Shown here piece after piece: positions 39,896-53,842 of a stretch of 64,000 nt of DNA. The stretch is from Camelus ferus. Its lineage: Eukaryota. The stretch's first letter is position 1, and each line of letters starts with the position of its first letter. The stretch lies in contig NC_045696.1 in the NCBI RefSeq assembly GCF_009834535.1, positions 58,716,001 to 58,780,000 on the forward strand, in the 5' to 3' direction. The position numbers and the translations under genes were made by a program. The notes under the pieces are model-generated. The model was given only the letters and a program-made list of their open reading frames with translations. It was not told the origin of the DNA and did no database searches.

Positions 39896-41559
39896 AAATC
39901 TGAATCTTCAGCCCCTGCTTCCCTTCCCAGCTTCAAGCTTACCCCTGCCTACCAGAGAGCTCCCCACAGAGGCTCCTTGGTACTCACCAGCATCCCAGAT
40001 TCAATTTGTCTAAAACTAATGTCATCTCTCAAGAAGCTTGCTCCTCACTGTTTTCTTGACACTAGTGGAATTACCATTCCCCCAGACTCCCTGATCTTAG
40101 AGTAGTGACCCCTCCTATCCCAGTTCCCAGAGTCCTGCCACCATGCCTTTGTCTTTTCATATCTGTCTCTTCTTCCACGCTCTCTGGCTCCTACCTCCAC
40201 CCAGATCTTCCCTCCTCGTTGCCTGGACAGTTACTAACTCTCCCTCCTTGCCTTCCCATCTGTCCTCCACTTTGTCTGCATCTTATCATACATGTCTCAC
40301 CCCTACCGAAAACTGTCCTCAAAACTGCCTCTTCCTACCTTCCAGCTTTCATCATCCACCACTTCCCCACCCTGAACTGCTCTTTAAACCTCTGCGTACA
40401 TCACCCTTTTCACGCACACACCCAGCACAAATAAAATTTATAGTACCTGTGTGATGCCACTTGAATGCCCCTTCCCTGCCCACCTCCCCCAGGCTATTAG
40501 GCACTGCCTCCTCCTCAGCTCCCAGAACACCTTGTTTTCATCTCTGTCAGAGCACTTGCCACATTGTATGATCTTGATTTGTTTTCAGAATTGTCTCCAC
40601 AGTCTGCTGAACCCCTTGAAGCAGAATTGGTATCTTACTCATTCTTGTGCCCCATACATGGCATACAGAAGATGCCCCTTAGCTGTCTGTCAGATAAACA
40701 AATGGTACCTCTGAAGAATAGTGATGGGAATAGAGTCTGATCAGTGGGGTGGGTGCTGAGACTGACTGGCAACCGTGGGTGTAGATGGAAGGGAGGGATG
40801 GACTCTAACACTATGTGGAGGAGGGTGGGCTTCAGTTTAAAGACAATGAAGTGTCTCTGAACTGAGGGACAGGAATGTCCTGGGCCATTATGTTTTGGGA
40901 GCAGACTCTGGCAGTGTCGTAACTAGATTGGAAAAGCAAGATCCAAGGGCCTAGGGACCAGTCAGGAAGCTACTGCAGAGCAGAATGGATGGAGCCCAGA
41001 GGTGATGTAGTGATAGGAATGATGCCATTGGCTGGAGGACACCTGTGAAGGGCTGACAGAGAAGCCCAGGGGTCAACCTCTGTGTAGAAAAGGAGTCCAA
41101 ATGGTCAGAGGAAAACCAGAAAGGGGATGGGGGTGTCACAGGAACAAAAGGCAGAGGTTTTGAAGGCCAACTCCAGGATGTGCTCCTGGCTGTTGTCATC
41201 AGATGGGGCTGACCCAAGGACCACCTTAGGTCTCTCTCTCTGAGGTGAGTACTTGGTTTGCAGAGGTGAGGTGACTGCACCGTGGGGCACAGCTAGCCCT
41301 TTGGGAGACCCATCCCCTGCCCTCCAGCCATCTTCCCCTTGTACCTCGACTTCATTCCTCATTCCCCCCAGGCTTCTTTTTGGAAGAATATTTCTATTTT
41401 GGAAATTAGAATATCAATATTTTAGAATGTTTAGAAATATTTGTAGAAGTAGGTCTCAGTAATACTCCCATACCTAAAAGTACCTTCCCCCACAATGCTT
41501 AAAATCCCACCATTAGATAGTCATGCTTTGGGATGACAATCATTCCCTAAAAATAAATG

Positions 41560-41800
41560 CAGAAAATCTAGAGACAGAAAGTAGATGAGTGGTTGTGTAG
41601 GCCTGGAGACGGGGAGGAATGGGGAGTGATGGCTGATGGGTACAAACTTTCTTTTGGGGGTCATGAAAATGTTCTAAAACTAGATTATGTGATGATTGCA
41701 TAACTCAAGAAATATACTAAAAAACCATTGAATTGTACACTTTAATCCCACACGGTGAAGTTTATGGTGTATAAATTAAATTTCAAGAAAGTGGTTGAAA
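41560..41800 (+). mobile_element. L1MB-type 3' end
   Basis: tagagacagaaagtagatgagtggttg...gaaaatgttctaaaactagatt...ccattgaattgtacacttt. Confidence 0.8.
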
Positions 41801-43321
41801 AAATGAATGCAGACACCACTGGGAGATTGAAAGACAAATGCCAGGACTGCCAGTAATTATGAAGTTACTGTAGATGAGTTTAATCAGCAGGCTTCCCCCT
41901 CTAATGCCCAACCAAGTTTGGGGGCACTGAGAGAATAGATGCTTGCTGTTCAGGAGTAGGGATGAGTTAGGGAGAGGAAGGAGAGAACACTTGGGACCAC
42001 TGAGCATTTCCCAAGGCAAATGTTACCAGAAAAGGGCACAAGTGCCCAGGAATGGGAAGGAAGAGGGCAAAAATGAAAGCCAGTTAGGAATGGGCATCAA
42101 ATATGAACTTGGCCTACTGTCTATGAGAGTCCTGCCCTGTAACGAGTTCTTCAGAAGGAATTAAAGAACTCTTAAGAATCCTTGGCTCTCTGGAGGATGA
42201 AAGAATCTTAAAGATCATCCAGTTCCCAAAGGTGTGTCAACCTCCCCTGGATATTTGCATTTTGAAAGCAAGTCTCATGCCTCAAACTAGATGACTTACC
42301 TTTCCTTTGAGGAACTTACTGCTACTCCCAAGTGAGAGCAGCTAACAGGATGGAGCATTGTGTGTCTTGAGGGTAGGTCTACCATGGAGGCTCAGGGTCC
42401 AGTGTCTTAGCCACTGGGAGTCATCCTGTACTCCAGCCTGTCCCCCACCGGGAGCTCTGACAGAGAACCAAGGACATCAGTTGTCTTACTCTTGATCTCT
42501 GACTTCCTTGGCTTGGAAATCAAGGATGATAAAAAGTTTGCAACTGGCCAGAGGGAACTGGGCCCTACATTTTTCCAGACCCTACACTCATCACCAGACC
42601 TTCGTGCCTCAGGGAACAAGAAACATTCAGAGAGCTCAGATTGTAGCTGAGGTGGAAATGGCTGATAATAGCACGATCTGCCACTCTCCCAGGTGTTGAC
42701 ATTTGCATTTTAATGGAGGCGGTTAATGCCTTTAGCTGAAGCAGTGACTAATATGTTCTTTCGGTCACAATTGGAGGTAATGGGAGACCCTTTGTAGCCC
42801 AGGGCCTCTTAATGTCCTCCAGTCACGAGGTCACAGGCAGTGGGCAGCTGCCCACCCTTTACACTCTAGTGCCCCCATTCCACGCTTTATCTTTGTTCTT
42901 GATTTTGCTTTCTTGCAATTTCTCCTGACTCCTTTTTCTCCTAAAAGTATGGGAACATCCCCATGAGTCATTTATTCTTTCAACACACATAAACTGATTA
43001 CCTATTTCAAGCAGAATACAATGCTGGACACAGCTGAGTGAGGGAGCCAGCAAAATGCCACCCCCAAGAAGTCAGAGGTGAGGAAATAACAGAAAGAGCT
43101 AGAGAACAGCGCAATGGCTTCAGACATGGGCCACGCAGCTTACACCCAGCACTTCTTGAACAAACAAGAGGCTGTGAACTAATAGGAGAAAATATTTGTG
43201 TGGGCTGGGGGAGCAGGAGAGGTTTCTGGGAGCCGTGAGAAGGGGATGTAAGTATGTGTAGGAGTTGGATATACAACAACTGGATGGAGTTTTGAGGATT
43301 CAAAACATTCCTCTATTCACT

Positions 43322-43586
43322 AAAGACCGCATATTGTATGATCCTATTTATATGAAATATCCAAAAGAGGCAAATCTATAGATAAACAGAAAAGAGATCA
43401 GGGTGAAGGAATGGGTGGGAGAGATGGGAATTAGTTGCTAATGAATACAATGGGATGGTGAAAGTTGTTCTAAGATTGTGGTGATGGTTCCACAACTCTA
43501 AATATACTAAAAAACACTGAATTTCACACTTTTAAATGGATGAACTTTATGGAATGTAAATGGTATCTTAATAAAGCTATTTTAAA
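43322..43586 (+). mobile_element. L1MB-type 3' end
   Basis: catattgtatgatcctatttatatgaaatatcc...tgtggtgatggtt.cacaactc...aataaagctatttt. Confidence 0.8.
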
Positions 43587-44347
43587 ATGGGGGACAATGG
43601 GGTCTGAAAAGACCATTCCTTCAGTAATCCTGCTTCCGTTGTAGAAGGAATACCCTACTTTTAAGTTCCTAGTCTTTTCGTGTATGAAGGCTCATTTTTA
43701 GGGTAAAACTCTTTCAAGGACTTCAACGTGGTATATATACCTTTAGTTAAGAAAATACATAATGGTAAAAAGCTATTATAAATTTAGCCATTGCTTTTCA
43801 TTTAGTAAATAATACTTTACTAATCCCAGTAGTATCTATGCTTCTAGAAAAATAGTTCTATATTTGTAGAGGAGCACTTTATTATACCTACAGACGAGGT
43901 TTAGTGGTCCTCTCTCAGAATCTCCTTTGTCCTTTGGGGTCCTCAACCCACAGGTTTAGAATCCATACTCAGATAAGTCACGTTTGACTCAGCTTCTCTG
44001 TCAGGAGAATGCCAGGGAGTAGGGATCTATTAGCAGAAAATGTGATACAATTTCCACCCCCGTGATGCTTCTGCCTCTTCAACTGCTCAGGCAGAATGGC
44101 ATCCTTTCTCCTCCCAAATCAATGAGGTTTGCTGAGAGCAGATCCAGCACGGAAGATAGCCAGAGCCATGCTGGTTGGCAGACACTTGTCTTTAGCAAAT
44201 ATAATTAAAGACAGCAGCAAGTAAATGCCGATTAATTTTTCATTAGAAAAGTCAAAGGCAAACTTCTTGGAAAGCAGCATCATTGAACCTCAGCTTTGGT
44301 AGTTAAAGCCAGGCTTTCCTCCACCATGTGGATACCTTCTTGCATGA

Positions 44348-44349
<2 letters not shown>

Positions 44350-44395
<46 letters not shown>
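44350..44395. repeat. (CA)22 microsatellite (further GT tracts at 47425-47454 and 52151-52173)
   Basis: Seen directly. Confidence 0.95.
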
Positions 44396-44399
<4 letters not shown>

Positions 44400-46084
44400 A
44401 GACCACAACCTCTTTATTGAGTGTGGGAGAGAAAGAGTCAGAGGCCAGCTCCCCTATATGCTTCAGAGGTTTTATGGTCCCATCGCTTATCTCAGATTAC
44501 CCAATTCAACTGGCATTGGGCATCACTTAGCTCATCTCTTTCTTTTCCTCCTTCTGCTTCCTTACTCAGACATCCCACCTGATGAGAAAACAGCCTTTCC
44601 ACTCAACACAGAGAAGGATTGAGGGGAAGAATGCTAAACTTGGAGTTAGAACACCTGGAGGTTCTACGCCAGCTCTACCACTTCCCAGCTGTGTGACATC
44701 TAACAAGTCACTCTACCTCTCTGAACTGCAGTCCCTGGTAAGGGTAACTGCTCTCCTACCTGTCTTGATGACTTGTTATGAGGATCCTGGACAATGATGT
44801 GAAATTCCTTTTCAAAGTATTCATCCTTAAGTAAAATGGGAGTCATTCTTAATAATAGCAAATTAATAAATTCATTCTTAATAAATCCAGATGTTCATTT
44901 AAGAGGTGAACATGGAATAAGGTACTTCTCTGGGTCTCAGGCTCTTGCATACATTTATAGATGACTGTGGATAAGTATTTTTATGTCTGTGCTGCGTGTG
45001 TACCAGCTCATCTAGTAGTCTGGGAGATCTACTCTTTCATCTCTGCTGTGTTCAAAGCAGGGCCCCCAGGGCCATGCAGATGAGGTCTCTGTTCTCAAAG
45101 ATTCCCTCTTTCAGGATTCTGACAGACTACAGCCTGTCTGCCAGGCAGACTGGAGAGCTGCGCCCTCCTGCAGGCGTGGGTGGTGATTAGAGTGGTCTGT
45201 GAGGAGCTCGAGTGGAGCTGAGTGTTGTTTTTCCTCTCACTGGCCACTCTGCTTGGCCTTGGAGTGGTTTTGTCCAGTCTCTGTATCACTGACTGTGAAT
45301 CTGTGATTGGGGGTGGTAAGCCAAGCCGTGTTAGCGATCGTGCTGGGGCTGGCTGACCTTCCCCAAGCCAGGATAATCTCTTTCCCTGGCAACAGGCAGA
45401 GGCACCGAGGGACAGTGACAGATTGTGAAATCCTGGGGCTGGGCTTTCTAGAATTACTTAAAAAGAGAGAATGGTCACAATACCTTGCATTTGTATAGTG
45501 CTTTTAAAAAGAAAGAAAGCGGTCTTTAAAAGCTATTCAAGGAGAAGGCAGCTTTGGAATTGTCTGGTAGAGAGGGAACCAGATAGGTAAGAAATGTGTT
45601 GTCTTATTCTTATCAACTCAGTAACAATGAGAGTAGTAGAACTCTACACTCCCCTCCACCTCCCCATCCCCACACAGGTGAGGAGGCAGAGGAAGACAGA
45701 AGTAGGGGGACTTAATACCACACAGCATTAGGGGCAGAATTTGACCTACTCTTGACTTTCATTGTCAGCCCAAAGCAGGCAGAAAGGATAAAGAAGCTGA
45801 ATGACCTAACAGTTTGCTTTGTCCACCTGAGATTCTGGCATGTAGACAGCTCTTCCTGAGTCAGCCTTCATACTTGGCCTGCTGGGGCATACAAGAAGAT
45901 GCTTCATTGCTTATAGTTCTGCAAGCAATGAAGAAATGTAGGGGTGGTGAATAAGAAAAATTGCCATTCTCTTACCTACCCAAGGTGAGGTCACTAAGCA
46001 AAGCAGGAGCAGATTCAACAGACAGGGATGGATCGGGCTGCTTGTGGTGCTCAGGGAGTTTTAGTGATATGTGAGGATTTAAAG

Positions 46085-46296
46085 AGGGCATCAGCAAACT
46101 CTGGTCAGTGGACCAAATGTGGCCACTGCCTGTTCTTAGAAATAAAGTTTTATTGAAACACAACCACATTCATTTATTTTTGTCTCAGCTGCTTTTGCAC
46201 TACATGGAGAGCTAAGTAGTAATGACCGAGATCAGATGGCCCACAAAGCCTAAAATCTTTACTATCTGATCCTTTAAGAAAGAGTTTGCCCACCCC
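46085..46296. mobile_element. MER58A-like hAT-Charlie MITE
   Basis: tcagcaaact...aataaagttttattgaaacacaaccac...tggcccacaaagcctaaaat.tttactatctg..cctttaagaaagagtttgcc. Confidence 0.8.
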
Positions 46297-47422
46297 AACT
46301 CACACCATATACACAAAATATTAACTCGAAATTTATCATAGACCTAAATGTAAGACTTAAAATTGTAAGACGGGTACACAGGTGAAAATCTTTGTGACCA
46401 TGGATTACAGAGATTTCTTTGCCATAACACCAAAAGTACAATTCATTATTTTTCAAATTATTTGAAAATTTTTTTGGTAGATTGGAGTTTACCAAAATTA
46501 AGAACTCTTCAAAAGACATTATTAAATGAATGAAAAGACACACCACAGACTGGAAGAAGTTATTTGCAGATAAACATATCTGACAAAGGATTTGTAGGCA
46601 GCATCTAAAAAGAAATAAAAGCTAGATTAATGAGCGAACATCCCAATAAAAATGGGTAAAAGATTTAAACAGATATTTCACCAAAAATGGGTGAAAATAT
46701 ATGGTTAACACATAAGGACATGAAAAGAGGCTCAACATCCTGAGTCATCAGGGAGAAGCAAATTAAAAATCACTGTGAGATGCCACCACCAACCATGAGA
46801 ATGGCTAAAATTAAAGAGCGACCATACCAAGCTGTTGCACAGGATATGGAGCAATTGGAACGCTCATACACTGCTGGTGGAAATGTGAAATGGTACAACC
46901 CCAGTCAAATAGCTCCGCAGTTTCTTAAAAAGTTAAGCACATGCATACAGTATAATCCATCAACTTCACTCCTAGGTATTTACCCAAGAAAAATGAAAGT
47001 GTATAAGCATGTGTCCACACAAAGACCTTTATGCTAATATTCATAGCAACTTTATTCACAACTAAAAACATCCCAAATATCCATTAACAAGTGACTAGAT
47101 AAACAAATTTGGTAAGTCCACGTAATGGAACACTACTCAGTAATAAAAAGGGATGAACTATTGATACATTCAACAACATGAATAAACCTCAAGACGATTA
47201 TAATAATTACCCTGAGTGGAAAAAGCCAGACAAAAGAGATTTATAAAAAATTCTAGAAAATGCAAACTAATCTGTAAGTGAATAGAAAGCAGCTCCGTGG
47301 TTGCCTGGGAATGGCAGGGAGGCGAAGAAGAGGAGAGACTGATGGAAAGGAAAACTTGGGCCAGGCAGGAGGTGGGGATAATTGATGTTCATTGTCTTGA
47401 TTGTGGTGATGATTTCACAGGT

Positions 47423-47457
<35 letters not shown>

Positions 47458-47570
47458 CATGTATATGTCAAAACATATAAAGCAGTCAAAACAAAATTGT
47501 GTAAATCAAATATATGCAATTTATTGTATGTCAATATACACAACTATATTGACAATAAGCTATTTTTTAA
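46297..47570 (+). mobile_element. L1M (L1MC/MD-like) 3' portion: decayed ORF2 C-terminus plus 3'UTR
   Basis: The ORF remnant at 46780-47037 (AGGNVKWYN...FLKKL...LLGIYP) resembles the L1 ORF2p C-terminus; typical 3'UTR follows. Confidence 0.85.
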
Positions 47571-49234
47571 ATTGAGGTAAGACTGACATGTCATATTATA
47601 TATAAAGGTATTTTTTAAAGGCAGAAAAAACCCTTGAGGTTGTTATTTCTTTCTTTAAACACTCTGTGTAGTTTGAAGCAGCCAGCACACTCCCCAGGTT
47701 TTATATTCCCTATTCTCATTGCAATGGCTTATCTCATCAGCAGCTCTGTCCTCCAAAGCCTTACCTTCATCCTAGGTGACCACAGGTGATAGGTACTGCC
47801 ACAGAGTGATGTGGACTACCAGAATACTATCTCCTAATGTTAGTAGGATCACTATTGCCTTTGAATCCCACCAGATCAGATACCCAACCTGATTCTCCTT
47901 TCCTTGAGAGTCTATTGCTTGCCACCATCCTGTTATTAATCAGGTATCATCAGAAGATAGGGTTAATTACAGAGAACTGAATTCATTCCAACTAATTGAA
48001 GCAGAAAGGAATGTATTAAGAGATGCTGGGGACAAGTTCAAGGAGGAAGGTCTCAGCCATTTCTGCATATGGGAATTACCTCACTATGTGGGGAATGATT
48101 TAATTGTAGGCTAATCAGATCTACATTACAGAAGTACCTTTTTAATGGTATTTTCTTCTCAACACATCATAATTTCCCAAACCGTCCTCTTGTGAAATTT
48201 CTAGTAAAATTCAACTTAGAACCAGGGATGAGTGGCTTACTCCAGGGATAATTCCCTGGGGTAGGGAAAGGACACAGTAAACCTGGAACACCTTGTTGAG
48301 CTAGGAAGCAAAGATGCCCTCAAAGATTAATGAGGACATGTCAAAAGAACAGAGGACACTGCTCATCTATAAGGATGGTAAAACAAAACAACAAAAACCT
48401 GACAAGGTCCCAAGAAGTGGTTCCAGCCCACTCCAAGATGGCTCTGGGACCAGCCGTCTGCTGTGCAGAGAGACCTCTCACTGGGCAGCCCCTGGTTATG
48501 GAGTGAAGATACAGCATCTGCCTCCCTGGGAGACCTTTGAGGAAGCCAACGAAAGTGTCCCAGCAGAAATCAGGAGCCCTGGTTTCTAGTCCAGCTCCGC
48601 TGATAACCTGCCTTGTGCCTGCCCACGGGCAGGTGTTCTCCTCTTCTGAGCCTCTCTGTCCTGGTTTGCTCGATAAGGGGAGGGGGACCCTAAGTGTTTT
48701 CAAATCGAGTTCCCTGGAACTCTGTGACTCCTTGGATTGCCTTGGGACACTGCAAGGGGAACCAGGGTTGGGGGTGAGCTCCACCTAGAACAGCCCTGCT
48801 TTTATCTGTTTTATGTTTGGCAGATATAACTCAGTTGACAAACTCAGGATGTGCAGAAAATATCAACTCCTCTATTTTCTAAATTTCTAAATTAATTTCT
48901 GACTCCCATGGCCCATTCCCAGAAGCTGGATGAAATACTCACCTCAAATGTTCTTAGAGTTCTTCTCTCAGACGATGCCTTATTTCTGGGTCATGGGGGT
49001 CCACTAAGAAGCCACGTTTCTGTCCAGTGGTCTCTGTGGGTCCAGCTGTCCCTGCTGATCCTGTGCCACTCCTGGGACATGGGTGCCCTTTGGGAGCTGA
49101 CCAGTGTCCCCTCTGCCTTTCTCTTCTACTGTTTTCTCTAGTCCACCCTCCAGCCTGGAAAACCCTTCCCAGCCTGGGGGAATTCCCTTTTGTGTTTCTT
49201 TAAGACATTCATTCAGTCTATGCCAGCTAGTCCC

Positions 49235-49650
49235 TGTTATGGATTGAACTGTGTCCACCCTAAAAAGATACATTGGAGTCCTAACCACCAGTACCTCAGA
49301 ATGTGACCTTATTTGGAGATGAGGTCTTTACAGAGCTAGTCAAGTTACAATGAGGCCATTTGGGTGGGCCCTAATCCAACATGACTGGTGTCCTTAAGAG
49401 AAGAGGAAATCTGGACACAGGTAAGCACAGAGGGAGGACAGTGTGAAGACACAGAGAGAAGACAGCCATCTGCAAGCCAGGAAGAGAGGCCTGGAACAAA
49501 GAATTCCCTCACAGCCCTCAGAAAGAACCAGCACTGCTGACACCTTGATCTCAGACCTCCAGCCTCCAGAGCTGTGAGACGATACGTTTCTGTTGTTTAA
49601 GCCATTCAGTATCTTGCAGTATTTTGTTGCAGCCCTAGCAAACGAATGCA
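49235..49650 (+). mobile_element. MLT1B-like MaLR solo LTR, near full length
   Basis: tgttatggattgaactgtgtcc...agaatgtgaccttatttggagat...gccatctgcaagcc...cagccctagcaaacgaatgca. Confidence 0.85.
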
Positions 49651-51419
49651 GATTCCCTCTCCCACTTTTCCCTCCCTTGCAAACCCTTTAAGTTCTCCTG
49701 GGTATTGCTCATTCTCCTAACATCTGCTTGAATGGGAGGAAAGGATAGGGGAAAAAACATAAGTAAATATTTCATGATTTCATTCAGCTGCACATACATA
49801 AAGAGCAGAGAACTGGAGGCTAAAAACAGCTTAAAAAAATCACTGGGCCGATGAGTTGATGACTGTTGTCACTGGGTGATGGGTCCACGGGGGCTTCGTG
49901 GTACTATACCCTCTACTTTTGTGTACATTTGAAAATTTCCGTTATAAACCATTAAAAAGGGGAAGGAGAGAAAGAGAAAGAAAGCATCACTGCACATCGC
50001 TGGGCCAAAAGATGATGCTGCACTTGCATCTCTGGAGTTTCATCACGGTAGCATCTGTCCCTCTCCTCGTCCCAACCAGCCAGACTCTGCTGGCAGCACC
50101 AGGAGTTACCCCTCACCCCATCCCCAGCTTGAGCCCCTATTACCAGAGCCTGTGCCCAGCTTTTAGCACTGAGACTTCCTTCCCCAGCCAGGCTTCAACC
50201 CTGAAGCCTTTAGAGCTGAGCAGAGCAAGGGTGGCAGACAGACCCTCCTGGATCCCAAAGACCCACAAACCTCATCACTGCCTGGGCTGCCCCGCCGGCT
50301 CCTCTCTCTCCTCTCAGGAGTCGTTTCCCCTGCATCCAGTTGTCGCTGTTTATCATACCAAATTACTACCCAATATAACTAATGATCATTCAAATTATAA
50401 TCTGAGGCACAGCTGCGGTGCCTCATGCCCAACACTCTCATCATCAAACGCTTTCCTTGAACCTCAGCTCTGGGTCAGAGTGAAAGAATCCATAGAAGTA
50501 CTATTATTTGTGGCATTTTAAATAAGTTCACGGTATTGCTGATACCGAGGCCACATTACTCCTGGTACTATGGTTAAATAGCCAATAAACGGCAGCCCAA
50601 TAATCCCCCACTTCCTCACGTCCCATTTCAGGAGCCACTCTTTATGTTTTCCCTTTTAATTCCCCTTCTAAACTCACTTCTTCCCTTAGAGCCCACTAAT
50701 GCTAAAATTTCCACTGGCAAAATGAGAAGAGTAAAATGGGCTTTTCATGGGATTGATTTACTGCAATTTAGGAAGACTGTCCTTTTATTTTAGGATTATA
50801 TTCTTCCTATCTTCTGGCCTTAAAATATCTTTGCTTCTGTGAAATGGCAATACCAGGGTACCACAATGTACCAGTCGGGGTTTAATTGCAGGTAGAGCAA
50901 TTGCTCCAGCGACTTTAAGCAGAAAAGAATTTAACACAGGGATTTAGGACTTTATAAAATCATTGGAAGGGCTGGTGGAGCAGAGAGAGGTGGGGCTTCT
51001 GGGAGCACCTCTCCGAAGAACTGGCCTGCCAGGGGCTCGGCTGTCTCCGCCATGATCAGGAATCTGGGATGTAGGGAAGCCACTGGCCTCAGGAGATGCA
51101 AACGTCTTTGTCTCCGGGCTAACCAGGAGAAACAGCAAAAGCGCATGCTTGGCCATCCTCTGCCTTCCCGATCTCACGCCAGCACACCTGCCTGGCAGCG
51201 GGAGGGTCATGTGCGCACCTGGAGCTGTAAGGCCTGCTTCAAGGGGGGTGGGGCTGCTTGAACCAGTCTGCAGTTCTGTGGCTAAACCTCACATTTTACT
51301 GACGTGTGAAATCCAAAACCCCCAATGTGCAGGGGCGGTGGAAGGCGGGGTGGGTGTCGATCCTCTAGAGCAGCCCCATCAAGGACAGAAATTAAAGTAC
51401 TTAGATTCATATTCAATAT

Positions 51420-52150
51420 CCAGTAAACACAGGAAGAGTCATCTGTAGTCCTCACTACTCATCAAGTGGACGCAAATTAAAATCACAATTAGATCACGAT
51501 TAAAATCACCGCTTCACACCAACCAGAATGACTGAAAAGGAAAAGCGTGACAACACCAAGTGAGCGCAAGGATGCAGAACGAGGAGAGCTCCCTGTTCAC
51601 TGCTAGCGGAGGCACGCGTTCATACAACACGCCGGAAGAACTGTGGGGCGGCACCTACCAGAGCTGTAAGTGCAGATGCCCTCTGACCCAGTAATCCCAC
51701 CCTAAATCCACCAAATAAGAAACCGGCGTGAGAACGGTCACAGCACCATTATTTTTAAGAGCCCCAAACTGAAGACAGCCCATCAGCAGGAGAACGAACA
51801 CACAGGCTGGAGCACATTCACACAGTGGAACACTACGGAGCAACGAGAACCCACAACCCACAATCACATGCAGCAGCAGGGGTGAAAACCAGGCACGGCG
51901 TGGAGCCAAACAAGGCCGATACAAAACAGGGCATTCCGTGTGTTTCCATTTAAATAAAGCACAAAAGCAGCATCTTGGAAGTTAGCATAGTGGGTGTCCT
52001 TGCAGGTGGATAGGAACTGGAAGGGAACACGAAAAGGGGTTCTGGAGTGTTGGTCACATTTGGTTTCTTGATTGGGATTCTGGTTACCCACATGTGTTCA
52101 CATTGTGAATTTTTGTTTTGCGGTATGCTTATGATCCACGCACCTTTAAA
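51420..52150 (+). mobile_element. Old L1ME-like 3' fragment
   Basis: gcaaattaaaatcacaat...cttcacaccaaccagaatg...ccctctgacccagtaatccc...gccccaaactgaagacagccc. Confidence 0.7.
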
Positions 52151-53364
52151 TGTGTGTGTGTGTGTGTGTGTGTATACACAAAACAGTGAAATTTACAAAA
52201 CAAAACAGACAAATTAGCTTTCAATCTTTCTCTTTCTCTAAGGACCCTATCACCCTGATAGTAATAATGGTTCCATTTATGGGGCACCTACCATGTGCCA
52301 GACGCTGCATATGGCACTGCCGATTCTCATGACCTCTGTGCCCGGTGGAAGGTCATTTCATGGATGGGGAACCAGAAATAAAGCGAAGATACGCAGCTTG
52401 TCCAAAGCCATCCAGTGGAGAAGTGGTTGAGCTATGAGTCAAACCCCTGACTACTGCATGTGCCCCTCCAGCCCAGCCCAGTGCATTGCTTCTCACTTGG
52501 TCTCTCTTCCTGGTCTGCAGCCTGGCTGATTACATGGTCCTTAGCCGAGGGTTGGCTCTCTTCCTGTCCCCTCCCTTCTGCCTTTCCCGGAGCTCCAGGT
52601 TGGAAATGCGAGCAGCTGCCACCAACGCCAAGCACCCTAGAGGGCAACATGCTGCTCCTTGATGACAAGCCTCAGGGAGCCACCGACATTACTGTCGCCA
52701 CATGCGGGTGGTCTAGCATTCCGGAACTTGTCCTTGCCCTTGTGCAAGCCTCTTCTGGGAGTGGTCTGGGCAGTGTCTGGGGGCTCTGCCAAGCCAGGGC
52801 TTACAGGACCAAGGCTGGATTTGCACCCAGCCCTCCGTGGTACCTGCTTTGCTTACCATCTCTGGGTCGAGGAGGCTGAGGGCCAGCAGTGGCCAGAGCC
52901 CCTGGATACTGTCAAACTTCGTGGCCTGGCTGGCTCTTAGGAGACGTTCCTGATGCCCGCAGGAGGTCCCTCCCACAGGCCTTGGGAGTGGCGTGAAGGG
53001 CGTGCTCCTCCTCCTTCCCTGCTTTCTCACTGGCGCCATCAGTGGTCAGTGCTGGTGTCTGTGCAGTGGAAGGAAGTGCCAGGTGCTGAGCTAGGCAGGC
53101 ACTGAAGGGTCTGATGTGATGGGAAAGATGCAGCGTCCCTGCCCACAAGTAGCTTACGACCTCTGTGCCCCGTGGAAGCCTTGGTGGTGACAGCACCTAA
53201 CACTGATGAAGCACTCACTATTTGCTGGCACCGTTCTGATCTCTTTATAGGCACTGACCCACTGAGGCTGTAAAAGAATTCTGAGGCAGACACTCTGATT
53301 CCCATTTTATAGACGAGGGAACTGAGGCTCAGGAGCTGAAGTGACTGGGGCAGCAGACCCTCTC

Positions 53365-53842
53365 AGCTGGCCCGGTCTTCCCCTCCTCCTCATGTTCACA
53401 ACCCTCATGTAATCTTCCACAATTTGAGCGTGGGCTGGACTTACTGCCTCCCTTCTAATGAAGAGAATAGGGTGTAAGTAATGAATGTCCCTTCTGAGAT
53501 TGTTATAAATAGGCTGTGGCCTCCAACTCGGGCCCTCTCTCTCACTTCCTTGGATCATGTGCCCTGGGGGAAGCCCACTGCTCGGTGGTGAGGCAGTCCT
53601 GTGGAGAGGTCCACAGAGCCAACTTGGGAGCAGCTCCACCTTCTACCTCGAGGTGAGCCTTGAGATGATCGCAGCCTCAGGTTGTATCTTGGTGGCCACC
53701 TCCTGAGAGACCCCAAACCAGAACCACACAGGAAGCTGTTCTCACGTCCCTGACCCACAGAACTGTGAGACAGTAAATGTTTGTTGCTTTAAGCAGCCAG
53801 ACGCTGGGGTGATCTGTCGTGTAGCGATGGATCACTAATCCA
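53365..53842 (+). mobile_element. MLT1F-like MaLR LTR inserted into a MIR (MIR halves ~53298-53346 and ~53843-53920)
   Basis: The LTR has ttgagcgtgggctggactta, cctgtggagaggtccac and cctgacccacagaactgtgaga. The MIR core cccattttatagacgagggaactgaggctcag resumes at cttgccca...tctgactccaaagccc. Confidence 0.7.

Noticed and set aside
46780..47037. ORF resembling a retrotransposon protein
   Set aside because: Short decayed L1 ORF2 remnant, not an intact gene.
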